The notes below the pieces were generated by a model. That model did no database searches. It saw nothing but the letters and a program-made list of their open reading frames with translations, and had not been told where the DNA came from. From Macrostomum lignano (Eukaryota), in assembly GCA_002269645.1 (NCBI GenBank), contig NIVC01001504.1:1-64000 (forward strand): a stretch of DNA of 64,000 bases, given 5' to 3'. The translations under genes were made by a program, and so were the position numbers. Position 1 is the first letter of the stretch. Each line of letters begins with the position of its first letter. Below are positions 1 to 12,624 of the stretch, in pieces.

Positions 1-290
1 CATCTGGCAATGCGGGATGCAACAGTCGTGGTGCCATCTGGCACCGAGGTGCAGACAGCTCAGCAGCCTGCTGTTCCAATTGGAACTTGGCGGCAAAGAA
101 AGTAAAGTACACAAAGTTCTCTTGGCTAACAAGTTGATTTTAAACAGCCCAAGTGCGCTGAAAGTGCATGTACAAGCGCGCCGCGGCCGAGTTTATCTTA
201 CGAGTACGAGCGTTTAATTATTAAATGGGGAGTTTCGGGCACAGTTCTGGGAATAAACGCATCAGCTTTCCAACAGCTCCGCCAACTCCT

Positions 291-2250
291 TCAGTCCGAG
301 TTGCGGCTGGCGGAAGGCGAACCCGTGACCTCCACGGGCGGGCGTCCGGCAGCGCCGCCGCCTCCGCCGCGCCGCTTCGAAGATCTCGCCGCCGGCTTTC
401 TTGGTAGCTGCCGAGAGGCCTCAAGGCGCGCGCTCCAGTCGCCGCGCAGCGGGGCGTCGCTGTAGGCCGAGGGGGCCAAATCGCGTCCACAGCCCCCCCG
501 CTTGTCGCCGCCTCCTCCGTCCTCGCCGCCGCTGCCGCTGCCCGCCGAGCTGCGACGTCGCCGCCGATGGTGCCGCGCGCCATGTGTGGGCGATGGTGCG
601 CTCGCCGCCGCTGCTGGAGCCGCCGCTGCTGCTGCGGCTGCGGCTTCGCCGTTGCGCCTGCCGCCGGCGGTGCGTCGCGCCGCTGCCGCTGCCGATCGTC
701 CTCGGCTTCGTCGTCGCCGCGGGCGTAGCGGCGGAGGATGCGGCGGACGGCGTCGCCGGACTCCTGCTGGCGCGGCCCGGGCCCTCCAGCTCGCTGCCTT
801 GGCGGCCGCCTGGGCGGCCATGCGCTCGTCCTGGCGCTGCGGCGCTCCTCCAGGCGCAGCTTCTCCGCCGCCTCAGACAGCGACGTGCGCTAGTGGGGTG
901 GCCGGAGACAGCCAAGCAGGACCTGGGGGCAAACAGTCTCAGTATCAGACTCCAATAGAATCTTGATCCAGATCCATAAACTAAAGAATGGTCTGGCGAT
1001 ATGTTCTGGATGTCTATCTATCTATGTGATCGATTAGAGAAAAAATGCTCAACCGATTTTGTTCAAACTTCAGATCAAAATTTCAGATCTCAGATCTACT
1101 CTCGCTGTTCTCACTGAATATCATATCTACTCTCACTGAATACCATATCTACTCTCACTGAATGTCAGATCGACTGTCTCCGAATCTCAAATTTACTCTC
1201 ACAGAATCTCAGATCTAGTCTTACTGAATCTCAGATCTAGTCTCACTGAATCTCAGATCTACTCTCACTTAATCTCAGATCAACTCTCACCGGATCTCAG
1301 ATCAACTCTCCAAATCTCTTCAAATCTCAGACCTACTCTCACTGAATCTACTCCGAATCTACTCTACTGAATCTGAATCTACTGAATCTACTCTCCAAAC
1401 CTCAGATCTAGTCTCACTGAATCTCAGATCTACTCTCACTGAATCTCAGATCTACTCTCACTGAATCTCAGATCTACTCTCACTGAATCTCAGATTTACT
1501 CTTACTGAATCTCAGATCTATTCTCACTGAATCTCAGATCTACTCTCACTGAATCTCAGATCGCCTCTTAATTAATCTCAAAACTAGTCTGACAGAATTT
1601 CAGATCTAGTCTCACTAAATCTCAGATCCAGTCTCACAGAATCTCAGATCTAGTCTCACTGAACCTCAGACCCAGTTGCAACAGCTCCACTGGAACTGCG
1701 CCGGCCACTCACCTGCTCGTGGCGGCATTCCAGTAGTAGAAGCGGTTGGTGCGGGGTCGGCCACCTCGTACCAGTCAGGCGGCAGCGGGAAGCGCCGCAG
1801 CATGTGGTCGCGCTTGGCCAGCATGCGCTTGTCGGGGCTGAACTTCAGCCGGCCCAGCGCTTGAAGCAGAAGGCGCTGCAGTCGCTGCCACAGGATGTGC
1901 CGGTTCGGGCACTTCGCCGTCCGGTGCACCGTGAGCTCGTCATCGTCCTCGTCGTCAGTGTTCTCGTCATCAGTGGCGCCCGTGGATGCCGCTTTGCTCT
2001 TTGTGGAGGCGGCCGGCTGCTTCTTGCCGCCCGCTGCCGGCCGGGCCGCCTCCGGCTCCTCCTCATCATCGCGGTGCTCAGCGAACACCTCCTCCTCCTC
2101 CTGCTGCTCCTTGCTCTCAGCTCCGTCCTCAGCTGCGGCATCGGCGGGCCGCTCCTGGCTGGTGGCACCGCCGGCTCCTGCGCCATCGCCGCCGTCCTTG
2201 ACGATGCCACGTCGCTTGAGGCGGGCAAGCAGGGCTGGCGGCAGCGGCAT
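291..2250 (-). CDS. PQBP1: Polyglutamine-binding protein 1-like (WW domain), 2 exons, several 1-nt frame breaks; possibly a pseudogene or assembly errors
   Basis: N-terminus MPLPPALLARLKRRGI resembles PQBP1 MPLPVALQTRLAKRGI. WW domain LPPDWYEVADP..RFYYWNAAT (across a frame break) is split by intron 923-1712 (donor GTGAGT, acceptor GCCCCCAG) and continues W-L-S-P. The C-terminal PSAYSDAPLRGDWS matches PQBP1 PSSYSDAPRGTWS. Exons about 1713-2250 and 291-922; the stop position is uncertain because of indels. Confidence 0.8.
1080..1665. repeat. Intronic minisatellite, ~22-bp unit CTCAGATCTACTCTCACTGAAT
   Basis: Tandem copies read directly; fills most of the PQBP1 intron. Confidence 0.9.
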
Positions 2251-2359
2251 GGTGAGATGTTCAAATGCTCGCTGCTGCTGGGATCAGCGAAGCCGATTGG
2301 CGCATGAATATGAGTACCAGTATTAAAAAGGAAATCGGAAACTGAGATTTGTAATCCTT

Positions 2360-2870
2360 GGTTTGGGAGTGGGATCAGAGAGTGGTATTAGGGTGGGATG
2401 AGAGTGGGATCAGAGAGTGGGATCAGAGAGTGGGATCAGAGTGGGATCGGAGAGAGTGGGATTAGAGGGTGGGATCAGAGAGTAGGATTAGAGATTGGGA
2501 TCAGACTGGGATCGGAGAGTGGGATTAGAGGGTGGGATCAGAGAGTAGGATTAGAGATTGGGATCAGACTGGGATCAGAGAGTGGGATTAGAGGGTGGGA
2601 TCAGAGAGGGATCGGAGAGTGGGATCAGAGTGGGATTAGAGAGTGGGATCAGGGAGTGGGATCAGAGAGTGGGATTAGAGTATGGGATCAGAGTGGGATC
2701 AGGGAGTGGGATCAGAGAGTGGGATCAGAGTGGGATCAGAGGGTGGGATCAGAGAGTGGGATCAGAGAGTGGGATCAGAGAGTGGGATCAGAGAGTGGGA
2801 TCAGAGAGTGGGATCAGAGAGTGGGATCAGAGTGGGATCAGAGAGTGGATTAGAGGGATAGAGAACGGGT
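2360..2870. repeat. Minisatellite, ~13-bp unit GAGAGTGGGATCA
   Basis: Tandem copies between the PITRM1 stop and the PQBP1 start. Confidence 0.9.
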
Positions 2871-3272
2871 AAAGGAGACACAAAGAGCGTCAGTGTATTG
2901 ATAAATTCTGCTAAGAAATGCAGCAGACTTGCTGGATCTGCTGAACTCCAATTTATTTTAGCAAAAGTGGAACTGTAAATCAATTATAAAAGCGAGTAAG
3001 CACTGGCTGCTGATGGACAGTCTCCACTACAGAGCTTGGTGTTGAGCTGCAGACACACAGATGGCTGAATACTTGCTGCTGAGACACTGGATGTTAATTG
3101 CCGGGAACAAATGCTTATAGGAGAGCTGGGAAACAAGAGCTGGTCTAACAGAGTCAAAAACAGGATTTTCTAAGTAAACTTAAGAAGACTGGATATCGAA
3201 CTCAGGACTCAGGGACCGTGTTTCGAAGGCCAGCCAGGTAGACAGTCAGCCGGCCAATCAGAGGCCGGGCCG

Positions 3273-5026
3273 TCAGTCGATGGGCGAGCTGGTCCACTGC
3301 TTGAAGTCCAGCTCCAGGTTCCGGCAGCCGATGATCACCTTGTGCGTCTTCTGCTGCTGCCCGAGCGTCTCGGCGGCCGCCTGGCGCACCTCGGAGGTGT
3401 CCAGGTCGAATAGGCGGTCCCGCAGCTGCTGCCGCATGTCGTCGGTGACGCCGGTGAGGAAGAACTCCAGGCCACGCTTCTTGGGCGGCACCGGCATGTC
3501 GAGGGTCTTGAACACGGCCAGCTTGGCCTCCTCCAGGTCCGAGTCCGTCAGGCTGTCCACCCGGCCCGCCAGCCACTCGGCGCTGGCCGCGAAGGAGTCC
3601 AGGGTGGCCAGGAAGCGCGGGTCGCGGTAGGACATGAAGTAGAAGGCGCCGGGGGTGGCGCGGGCGCCGCTGCCGTAGGCGCCGCCGATCTCGCGGATCT
3701 CGCGGTGCAGGTAGCGGGAGGACAGGTGCGCTGCGGCCAGCATGAGGGCGGGAAAGCGCGGATGGGTGACGGCCGGGCAGGGGAAGGCCTGGGCGCAGAA
3801 GTTCACCCCCATGGAGCCGACTTCGAAGTGCTCGAAGAGGCCGCCGCTGGCGGTTCCGGTGGCGCCGCCGCCGAGGTCGAAGCGCGGCTGCGGCGGCCTG
3901 GCAGCGGCTGCGTGGGCTGCGGCGTCGGCGACATCAAAGCCGGCCAGGAAGGCCTCAACCTCCTTGGCGCCCGTCTCCGGCTGGGGATTGCGGGGTGACA
4001 TTGCGCTAATTAGCTCAGGTGCAGAGCGGCCAGGCACTCGGGAGGGGGACGTCAGGCACTCGGGTGATGGGAGGCCAGGCACTCGGAGGGGGACGTCAGG
4101 CACTCGGGTGATGGGAGGCCAGGCACTCGGGTGATGGGAGGCCAGGCACTCGGGTGACGGGAGGCCAGGCACTCGGGTGATGGGAGGCCAGGCACTCGGG
4201 TGATGGGAGGCCAGGCACTCGGGTGATGGGAGGCCAGGCACTCGGGTGATGGGAGGCCAGGCACTCGGGTGATGGGAGGCCAGGCACTCGGGTGATGGGA
4301 GGCCAGGCACTCGGGTGATGAGAGGCCAGACGCACCTTGGTGTTAGGAGCAATGGGATTTCACAATCACAGGTGCAAAGGCAAACCTGTTCCCCGGTAAG
4401 GCTGATGCAGAAGTTCTCCCGCCGGAAGGCAGTCCGGCACAGGTCGGCGAGGTCCTCAGCCAGCGCGTCGAAGCCCGCGGGTTCGGCGGCGGCGGCCAGC
4501 TTGATGGCGCGCAGGCTGTCCAGGCCGGTCAGCAGGTCGGCCACCCGGCTGGACTCGCTGAGGCGGGCGGCGGCCCGGCCGGCGGCGAAGGCGTGGCCCT
4601 GGCCGGTGAGGCGGCTGACGAGGTCGGCGGCCTCCATGCGCAGCAGGTTGGCGAGGCGGTCGCGGGCGGCCCAGTCGGGCTGGGCGCAGATCTCCTGCCA
4701 GAGCTGCAGCACGCGGGGCAGGTTGGGCGCCAGGCAGCAGGCAGAGAAGACCAGGCCCGACTCGCAGCTGCTGGCGGCCTCGTCCGGCCGGGCGGTGGCG
4801 TAAGGCGTGCAGGCAAAGCCGCCGCTGACGAGGTCGATGGCCTCGGCGAGCTGGCCGTAGGGGGTGCGGGCGGTGCCCAGCTTGGGCAGCAACAGGCTCA
4901 GCAGGGGCAGCAGCCGCGTCTGGTTGGTGGACAAGTCGGAGAGGCGGAGCTTTGCCCTGCGGGTGGGCGGTGAGACTGCGGCTGGGGTGGGCGGACAGAC
5001 GGACAGACAGGCAGACAGGCAGACAC

Positions 5027-5057
<31 letters not shown>

Positions 5058-5106
5058 GGCAGAAAGACAGACAGACAGAGACAGACAGACACTAAGACAG
5101 ACACTA

Positions 5107-5161
<55 letters not shown>

Positions 5162-5252
5162 AAGACAGACAGAGACAGACAGACACTAAGACAGACACTA
5201 AGACAGACAGACAGACAGACATACAGACGGGCAGACAGACAGACAGGCAGGC

Positions 5253-5301
<49 letters not shown>

Positions 5302-5304
5302 CTA

Positions 5305-5357
<53 letters not shown>

Positions 5358-5432
5358 TACAGACAGGCAGATAGACATACAGACAGGCAGACAGACAGGC
5401 AGGCAGACAGACAGGCAGGCAGACAGACAGGC

Positions 5433-5477
<45 letters not shown>

Positions 5478-5572
5478 GGCAGACAGACAGACAGACAGAC
5501 AGACAGACAGGCAGGCAGACAGACAGGCAGACAGACAGACATACAGACGGGCAGACAGACAGACAGGCAGGC

Positions 5573-5621
<49 letters not shown>

Positions 5622-5624
5622 CTA

Positions 5625-5661
<37 letters not shown>

Positions 5662-5736
5662 TACAGACAGGCAGATAGACATACAGACAGGCAGACAGAC
5701 AGGCAGGCAGACAGACAGGCAGGCAGACAGACAGGC

Positions 5737-5769
<33 letters not shown>

Positions 5770-5808
5770 GGCAGACAGACAGACAGACAGGCAGGCAGAC
5801 AGACAGGC

Positions 5809-5845
<37 letters not shown>

Positions 5846-8800
5846 GGAAGGCAGGCAGACAGACAGGCAGGCAGGCAGACTTACCGAAAGTAGACGAGGC
5901 CGTTGGTGGGCTGCGGGCACAGCAGCAGGCGGTCGGGCACGGCCCACTCGGTGCTCCAACGGGGCGCCTGTCGCGGCAGGTCGCCAAGCGCCAGCCGTGG
6001 CAGCGGCCCCGGGTCGGCCCGCGCTGTCTGCGCAGCCAGGAGCTCTTGGGCTTCGCGCCGGACAGCGGCGAGGTCGGCGTTGGCCGCTCGGGCAGTGGCG
6101 GCAGTTTTTTCAGCGGCCAGCAGGCGGTCAGCGTAACGGGCGGTCGGTGCAGCGAGAGCGACAGTCGGTGGGGATTCGAGCGCCAGTGCCGGTCCACCAG
6201 GCTCTGCAGGCAGTTGGGAGATTAATGAGTACCGGTATGAGTAGCAGTAACATGGTATGTAGCTAGTAGTAGTCGTGTAAGCAGTATCAGTAGTATAATA
6301 AGCATTATGAGTAGTATAGTAAGCAGTATTAATAGTATTGTATTTGCAGGTGGCAAATAAGTACCTGCAGATAGCGCGGCTGTTCGGCCAGTGTCCGGCG
6401 CAGGTCTTCCAGCAGATCCTCGGCTGCCAGCAGCTCGGCCAGGTCGGCGCCGTGGTTGGCCGGACCGGCCAGCGCCAGGATCTTCTCCAGGCCGAAGTTG
6501 GCGCCCTCGTCGCGGAGGCCGAGCTCGACCTGGTGCAGCAGGGAGTCCACGTTGACCTGGCGGAATCCGGACCGGACAGTCTCGGCCAGGATGTCGTCGA
6601 CACGCTGGCGGGCGGCGGCCACGGACTCGTCGGCGAGGCCCTTCAGGCCGATGTGGAAGGCCGTGTTGCGGCAGTCGGAGCTGAAGCCGTGCACGGGGGC
6701 GAAGGCGGTGCCGAGGCCGGACTCCAGCAGCCCCGAGTAGAAGGGCGACGTGTCACCTGGGAGCGGCGGGCCGGCGGCCTGAATTACCGAATTTTCTGCT
6801 GGATTCCCTGCTACTCGTCATCATAAATAGGGTCTGCTGCCTCTCAACCCCAATGCACACTTGCTTAAGAGGAAACTGCTGCGGGTCCCTCACCGGCTCT
6901 CCTGCCTGTCATGAGGGGATCCCAGGAGTCCCTCACCAGCTCTCCTGACTGGATCATGAGGGGATCCCAGGAGTCCCTCACCGGCTCTCCTGCCTGTGTC
7001 ATGAGGGGATCCCAGGAGTCCCTCACCAGCTCTCCTGACTGGATCATGAGGGGATCCCAGGAGTCCCTCACCAGCTCCCCTGACTGTCATGAGGGGATCC
7101 CAGGAGTCCCTCACCAGCTCCCCTGACTGTCATGAGGGGATCCCAGGAGTCCCTCACCAGGCCTCCTGACTGTCATGAGGGGATCCCAGGAGTCCCTCAC
7201 CAGCTCCCCTGACTGTCATGAGGGGATCCCAGGAGTCCCTCACCAGGCCTCCTGATTGGATCATGAGGGGATCCCAGGAGTCCCTCACCAGCTTCCCTGA
7301 TTGGATCATGAAGGGATTCCGATGAGTCCCCAGAAGTTGAGCAGGAATTCCAACTATTCCAAGATAAGCCAGATGAAAGCGGCAAATATGCAACAATCGG
7401 CCTTCAAAAGATCACTATAAGACACCCAGCCTCTCTCAGCATGCCGCACCTTCGCAGAGCAGGGAGGACACGAAGTGCAGGTGGAAGTTGTCCCTGACTT
7501 GGCAGACGTCGCCAAACAGGAAGCTCTCGGCCAGGGTGACCTGCCTGTCCGGCGGCAGGAAGGGGTTCAGCGGGCCGTCCACGCGGCCGGCGCGCGCGCT
7601 TGGACCAGCGCGGCTCCAGCGGCACGGCGGTGGCGGAGCAGTCGATGCGGCCGAAGCCGGCCAGGCACTCGCTGTCCAAGAAGCGGAGGTGCTCGGCCAG
7701 CGGCAGGCTGCCGTAGGTGAACACGGTGGCGTTGGACGGGTGGTAGTGGCGCCTGTGGAACTGGAGCAGCTGCTCGTGGCTGAGCTCCGGGATGGCGCCG
7801 GGGAAGCCGCCGAAGTTGTGCCGGTAGGGCCCGGCGGGCAGCAGGTTCTGGCGGACGGCGTTGGAGAACAGCTGGTCGGGGTCGGAGAAGACGCCCTTCA
7901 TCTCGTTGTACACCACGCCCTTGATGGTGATGGGAGACTGCGGCTCCTGCAGGTTGACGGGCTCGAGGCGCCAGCCCTCCTGGATAGGGAGGAGGTTCGA
8001 TTCCTATTATCATTATATCATTGGATGCAATCATCAAGTGCCCTAAAAACCTGGGAGGCCATCTGATCACAATTGTCATCATCAAAACCCCAACATGCCA
8101 ACAGTTCATAATCAGATGCTCTCTAAAATCCCAACAGTTCATAATCAGATGCTCTAAAATCCCAACAGCTCATAATCAGATGCTCTAAAATCCCAACAGT
8201 TCATAATCAGATGCTCTAAAATCCCAACAGTTCATAATCAGATGCTCTAAAATCCCAACAGTTCATAATCAGATGCTCTCTAAAATCCCAACAGTTCATA
8301 ATCAGATGCTCTAAAATCCCAACAGTTCATAATCAGATGCTCTCTAAAATCCCAACAGTTCATAATCAGATGCTCTCTAAAATCCCAACAGTTCATAATC
8401 AGATGCTCTAAAATCCCAACAGTTCATAATCAGATGCTCTAAAATCCCAACAGTTCATAATCAGATGCTCTCTAAAATCCCAACAGTTCATAATCAGATG
8501 CTCTAAAATCCCAACAGCTCATAATCAGATGCTCTAAAATCCCAACAGTTCATAATCAGATGCTCTAAAATCCCAACAGCTCATAATCAGATGCTCTAAA
8601 ATCCCAACAGTTCATAATCAGATGCTCTAAAATCCCAACAGTTCATAATCAGATGCTCTCTAAAATCCCAACAGTTCATAATCAGATGCTCTCTAAAATC
8701 CCAACAGTTCATAATCAGATGCTCTAAAATCCCAACAGTTCATAATCAGATGCTCTAAAATCCCAACAGTTCATAATCAGATGCTCTAAAATCCCAACAG

Positions 8801-9646
8801 CTCATAATCAGATGCTCTAAAATCCCAACAGTTCATAATCAGATGCTCTAAAATCCCAACAGCTCATAATCAGATGCTCTAAAATCCCAACAGTTCATAA
8901 TCAGATGCTCTAAAATCCCAACAGTTCATAATCAGATGCTCTAAAATCCCAACAGTTCATAATCAGATGCTCTAAAATCCCAACAGTTCATAATCAGATG
9001 CTCTAAAATCCCAACAGTTCATAATCAGATGCTCTAAAATCCCAACAGTTCATAATCAGATGCTCTAAAATCCCAACAGTTCATAATCAGATGCTCTAAA
9101 ATCCCAACAGTTCATAATCAGATGCTCTAAAATCCCAACAGCTCATAATCAGATCCCAAATCTCAAGCAGTTGAAATCCCTAAACCACGGGCAGCCAGCG
9201 CTCACCTGCAGAAAGTCCATCCTGCTGAGCAGCGGGTGAAACACGGCGTCCAGGTAAACAGAGAAGAGGTTGTAGAAGTCGGTGGGGTTCTGAGTAGAGC
9301 AGGGGTAGATGGTGAAGTCGGGCGCAGTCATGGCGTTCATGAAGGTGGCCTGGCTGCGGGTGAGCATCTTGAAGAACGGATCCCGCACCGGGTACTTGGC
9401 GGAGCCGCAGAGCACGCTGTGCTCAAGGATGTGCGGCGCCCCGGTGCTGTCAGTCGGGGTGGTCCGCAGCTGGATGGCGAAGGCGTTGTTGGCGTCCTGG
9501 CGAGCCAGGTGCACCAGGCGGCAGCCCGTGGCCTCGTGCACCAGCTCCTCCAGGGTCAGGCGGAAGGTGGGCACCTGGGCGGAGCGCACGTGCCGGAAGC
9601 CGTGCAGCCCGGCGCCCACCGAGGACTGGACGAGACGGACGGCCGA
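3273..9646 (-). CDS. PITRM1: Presequence protease (pitrilysin metallopeptidase 1, M16C family), at least 6 exons, two frame breaks
   Basis: Inverted zinc motif HILEH in TDSTGAPHILEHSVLCGSAKYPVRDPFFKML; also EGWRLE, KGVVYNEMKG, SPFYSGLLESGLG, QPTNGLVYFR, LHREIREIGGAYG and YRDP. Exons: 9206-9646 (alternative acceptor 9672), 7450-7979, 6365-6756, 5885-6203, 4386-4956, 3273-3980, all GT-AG. Exons 7450-7979 (530 nt) and 5885-6203 (319 nt) are each off-phase, with breaks near 7590 and 6150. The 5' exon is not established. Confidence 0.93.
4020..4330. repeat. Intronic minisatellite, 23-bp unit GGGAGGCCAGGCACTCGGGTGAT
   Basis: Near-identical tandem copies inside PITRM1 intron 3981-4385. Confidence 0.92.
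4992..5880. repeat. (GACA/GGCA)n compound microsatellite
   Basis: Fills PITRM1 intron 4957-5884 from about +5 after the donor; contains an internal duplication with 304-bp offset. Confidence 0.95.
6890..7320. repeat. Intronic minisatellite, ~43-46-bp unit (GAGGGGATCCCAGGAGTCCCTCACCAGCTCCCCTGACTGTCAT)
   Basis: Tandem copies in PITRM1 intron 6757-7449. Confidence 0.9.
8090..9150. repeat. Intronic minisatellite, 31/33-bp unit CTCTAAAATCCCAACAGTTCATAATCAGATG
   Basis: More than 30 near-identical copies in PITRM1 intron 7980-9205. Confidence 0.95.
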
Positions 9647-9784
9647 CTGCAGCGGAGGCGTGGGGGGGGGGTCTGACAGGCTGCGTCCGGGTTCAGAATG
9701 CTTGCGGGTTTGCGTGTAAGGCCCAGGAGTTGAGGTTTGAGAGCTGGGGGAGACTGGGTCAGATATGAGACTGTCAGGTGGGAC

Positions 9785-12012
9785 AGATGTGCAACAGACA
9801 GTGTGCAACAGACAGTGTGCAATAGACGGTGTATGCAATAGACAGTGTGCAACAGACAGTGTGCAATAGCCAGTGTGCAATATACTGCGCAATAGACAGT
9901 GTGCAATAGACGGTGTGCAATAGCCAGTGTGCAATAGCCAGTGTGCAATAGCCAGTGTGTGCAATAGCCAGTGTGCAATAGCCAGTGTGCAATAGACAGT
10001 GTGCAATAGCCAGTGTGCAATATACTGCGCAATAGACAGTGTGCAATAGACGGTGTGCAATAGCCAGTGTGCAATAGCCAGTGTGTGCAATAGGCAGTGT
10101 GCAATAGCCAGTGTGCAATATACTGCGCAATAGACAGTGTGCAATAGACGGTGTGCAATAGGCAGTGTCCAATAGCCAGTGTGCAATAGCCAGTGTGCAA
10201 TATACTGCGCAATAGACAGTGTGCAATAGCCAGTGTGCAATAGGCAGTGTGCAATAGCCAGTGTGCAATAGGCAGTGTGCAATAGCCAGTGTGCAATAGC
10301 CAGTGTGCAATAGCCAGTGTGCAATAGCCAGTGTGCAATAGCCAGTGTGCAATAGCCAGTGTGCAATAGGCAGTGTGCAATAGCCAGTGTGCAATAGACA
10401 GTGTGCAATAGACAGTGTGCAATAGCCAGTGTGTGCAATAGACAGTGTGCAATAGCCAGTGTGCAATAGCCAGTGTGCAATAGCCAGTTTGTGCAATAGC
10501 CAGTGTGCAATAGCCAGTTTGTGCAATAGCCAGTGTGCAATAGACAGTTTGTGCAATAGCCAGTGTGCAATAGCCAGTTTGTGCAATAGCCAGTGTGTGC
10601 AATAGCCAGTGTGCAATAGCCAGTTTGTGCAATAGCCAGTGTGTGCAATAGCCAGTGTGCAATAGCCAGTGTGTGCAATAGACAGTGTGCAATAGCCAGT
10701 GTGTGCAATAGACAGTGTGCAATAGCCAGTGTGTGCAATAGCCAGTGTGCAATAGCCAGTGTGCAATAGACAGTGTGCAATAGCCAGTGTGCAATAGACA
10801 GTGTGCAATAGACAGTGTGCAATAGCCAGTGTGCAATAGACAGTGTGTGCAATAGACAGTGTGCAATAGCCAGTGTGCAATAGACAGTGTGCAATAGCCA
10901 GTGTGTGCAATAGACAGTGTGCAATAGCCAGTGTGCAATAGACAGTGTGCAATAGCCAGTGTGTGCAATAGCCAGTGTGCAATAGCCAGTGTGTGCAATA
11001 GACAGTGTGCAATAGCCAGTGTGTGCAATAGACAGTGTGCAATAGCCAGTGTGTGCAATAGACAGTGTGCAATAGCCAGTGTGCAATAGCCAGTGTGTGC
11101 AATAGACAGTGTGCAATAGCCAGTGTGTGCAATAGACAGTGTGCAATAGCCAGTGTGTGCAATAGCCAGTGTGTGCAATAGCCAGTGTGTGCAATAGACA
11201 GTGTGCAATAGCCAGTGTGTGCAATAGCCAGTTTGTGCAATAGCCAGTGTGCAATAGACAGTTTGTGCAATAGCCAGTGTGCAATAGCCAGTTTGTGCAA
11301 TAGCCAGTGTGTGCAATAGCCAGTGTGCAATAGCCAGTTTGTGCAATAGCCAGTGTGTGCAATAGCCAGTGTGCAATAGCCAGTGTGTGCAATAGACAGT
11401 GTGCAATAGCCAGTGTGTGCAATAGACAGTGTGCAATAGCCAGTGTGTGCAATAGCCAGTGTGCAATAGCCAGTGTGCAATAGACAGTGTGCAATAGCCA
11501 GTGTGCAATAGACAGTGTGCAATAGCCAGTGTGCAATAGACAGTGTGTGCAATAGACAGTGTGCAATAGCCAGTGTGCAATAGACAGTGTGCAATAGCCA
11601 GTGTGTGCAATAGACAGTGTGCAATAGCCAGTGTGCAATAGACAGTGTGCAATAGCCAGTGTGTGCAATAGCCAGTGTGCAATAGCCAGTGTGTGCAATA
11701 GCCAGTGTGCAATAGCCAGTGTGTGCAATAGACAGTGTGCAATAGCCAGTGTGTGCAATAGACAGTGTGCAATAGCCAGTGTGTGCAATAGCCAGTGTGC
11801 AATAGCCAGTGTGTGCAATAGACAGTGTGCAATAGCCAGTGTGTGCAATAGCCAGTGTGCAATAGACAGTGTGTGCAATAGCCAGTGTGCAATAGCCAGT
11901 GTGCAATAGACAGTGAGTGCAATAGACAGTGTGTGCAATAGCCAGTGTGCAATAGACAGTGAGTGCAATAGCCAGTGTGCAATAGACAGTGTGTGCAATA
12001 GACGGTGTATGC
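9785..12012. repeat. Large minisatellite, 16/18-bp unit GTGCAATAGCCAGTGT(GT)
   Basis: About 2.2 kb of variant repeats upstream of the first recognisable PITRM1 exon; has a 714-bp higher-order duplication. Confidence 0.95.
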
Positions 12013-12624
12013 AATACAGGGTGCGGATGAGGCAAATGCTATAAAAGAGATTAGGCATAGCCGATGACTAATTCTGTGCCAATAAAAATCAGTAGAAGTG
12101 AAGCCAGTGCAGCCAATAAGCTTTCCACAAGCGGACGCTGAGTTTATAATTAGATGTTGCAGAAACAGTGGCGAGCGCATGAATGGCAGAGGCGAATTAC
12201 AGCAGGTGAATGGGCGCACAGTCAATACATTAATTATTAAAAAACGTGAATACAGCTTGGGCAGAGAATTCGAGTGGCAAATTGAAAATAACAACAGTAA
12301 AAAAGCAGCGGGCAAAACACGAGATCTCACCCTGAATTGAATTCGAATAAGCATTTTTGTTTACAAGAAAAAATGTGAATACAGGTTAGAGATTACTGAA
12401 AAGTACAGCAGAGGCACGAGACCAGGAGACAGACAGCTATACCGGTAATGCTAAAAAATCAACTATTTCAACTGAAATCTGCTAGACAAAGTTTCATTTA
12501 AAAAAAATTCTTTTTCAATTTCAAGGTCGCTAAATATTGCGATGTGAGGAGCACCTGAACACACGGGTGAACGTTTAAAACATAAATAGGCTTTGATACG
12601 GAATTTCTATTAACTTTTAACCGT

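Noticed and set aside
4864-5959. CLSV/QTDR repeat ORFs
   Set aside because: Translations of the (GACA)n intron.
7985-8010. GGTTCGATTCC B-box-like motif
   Set aside because: No A box or cloverleaf; lies in the PITRM1 polypyrimidine tract region.
8090-9150. CRISPR-like regular arrays (this and the other 20-45-bp repeats)
   Set aside because: Units are directly adjacent with no unique spacers, there are no cas genes, and the context is eukaryotic introns.
9149-12354. Very long ORFs (969, 932 and 753 aa) of LAIAHCLLHT-type repeats
   Set aside because: Stop-free translations of the 16/18-bp minisatellite, open in all three minus frames; only the last ~150 codons of the 969-aa ORF are real PITRM1.
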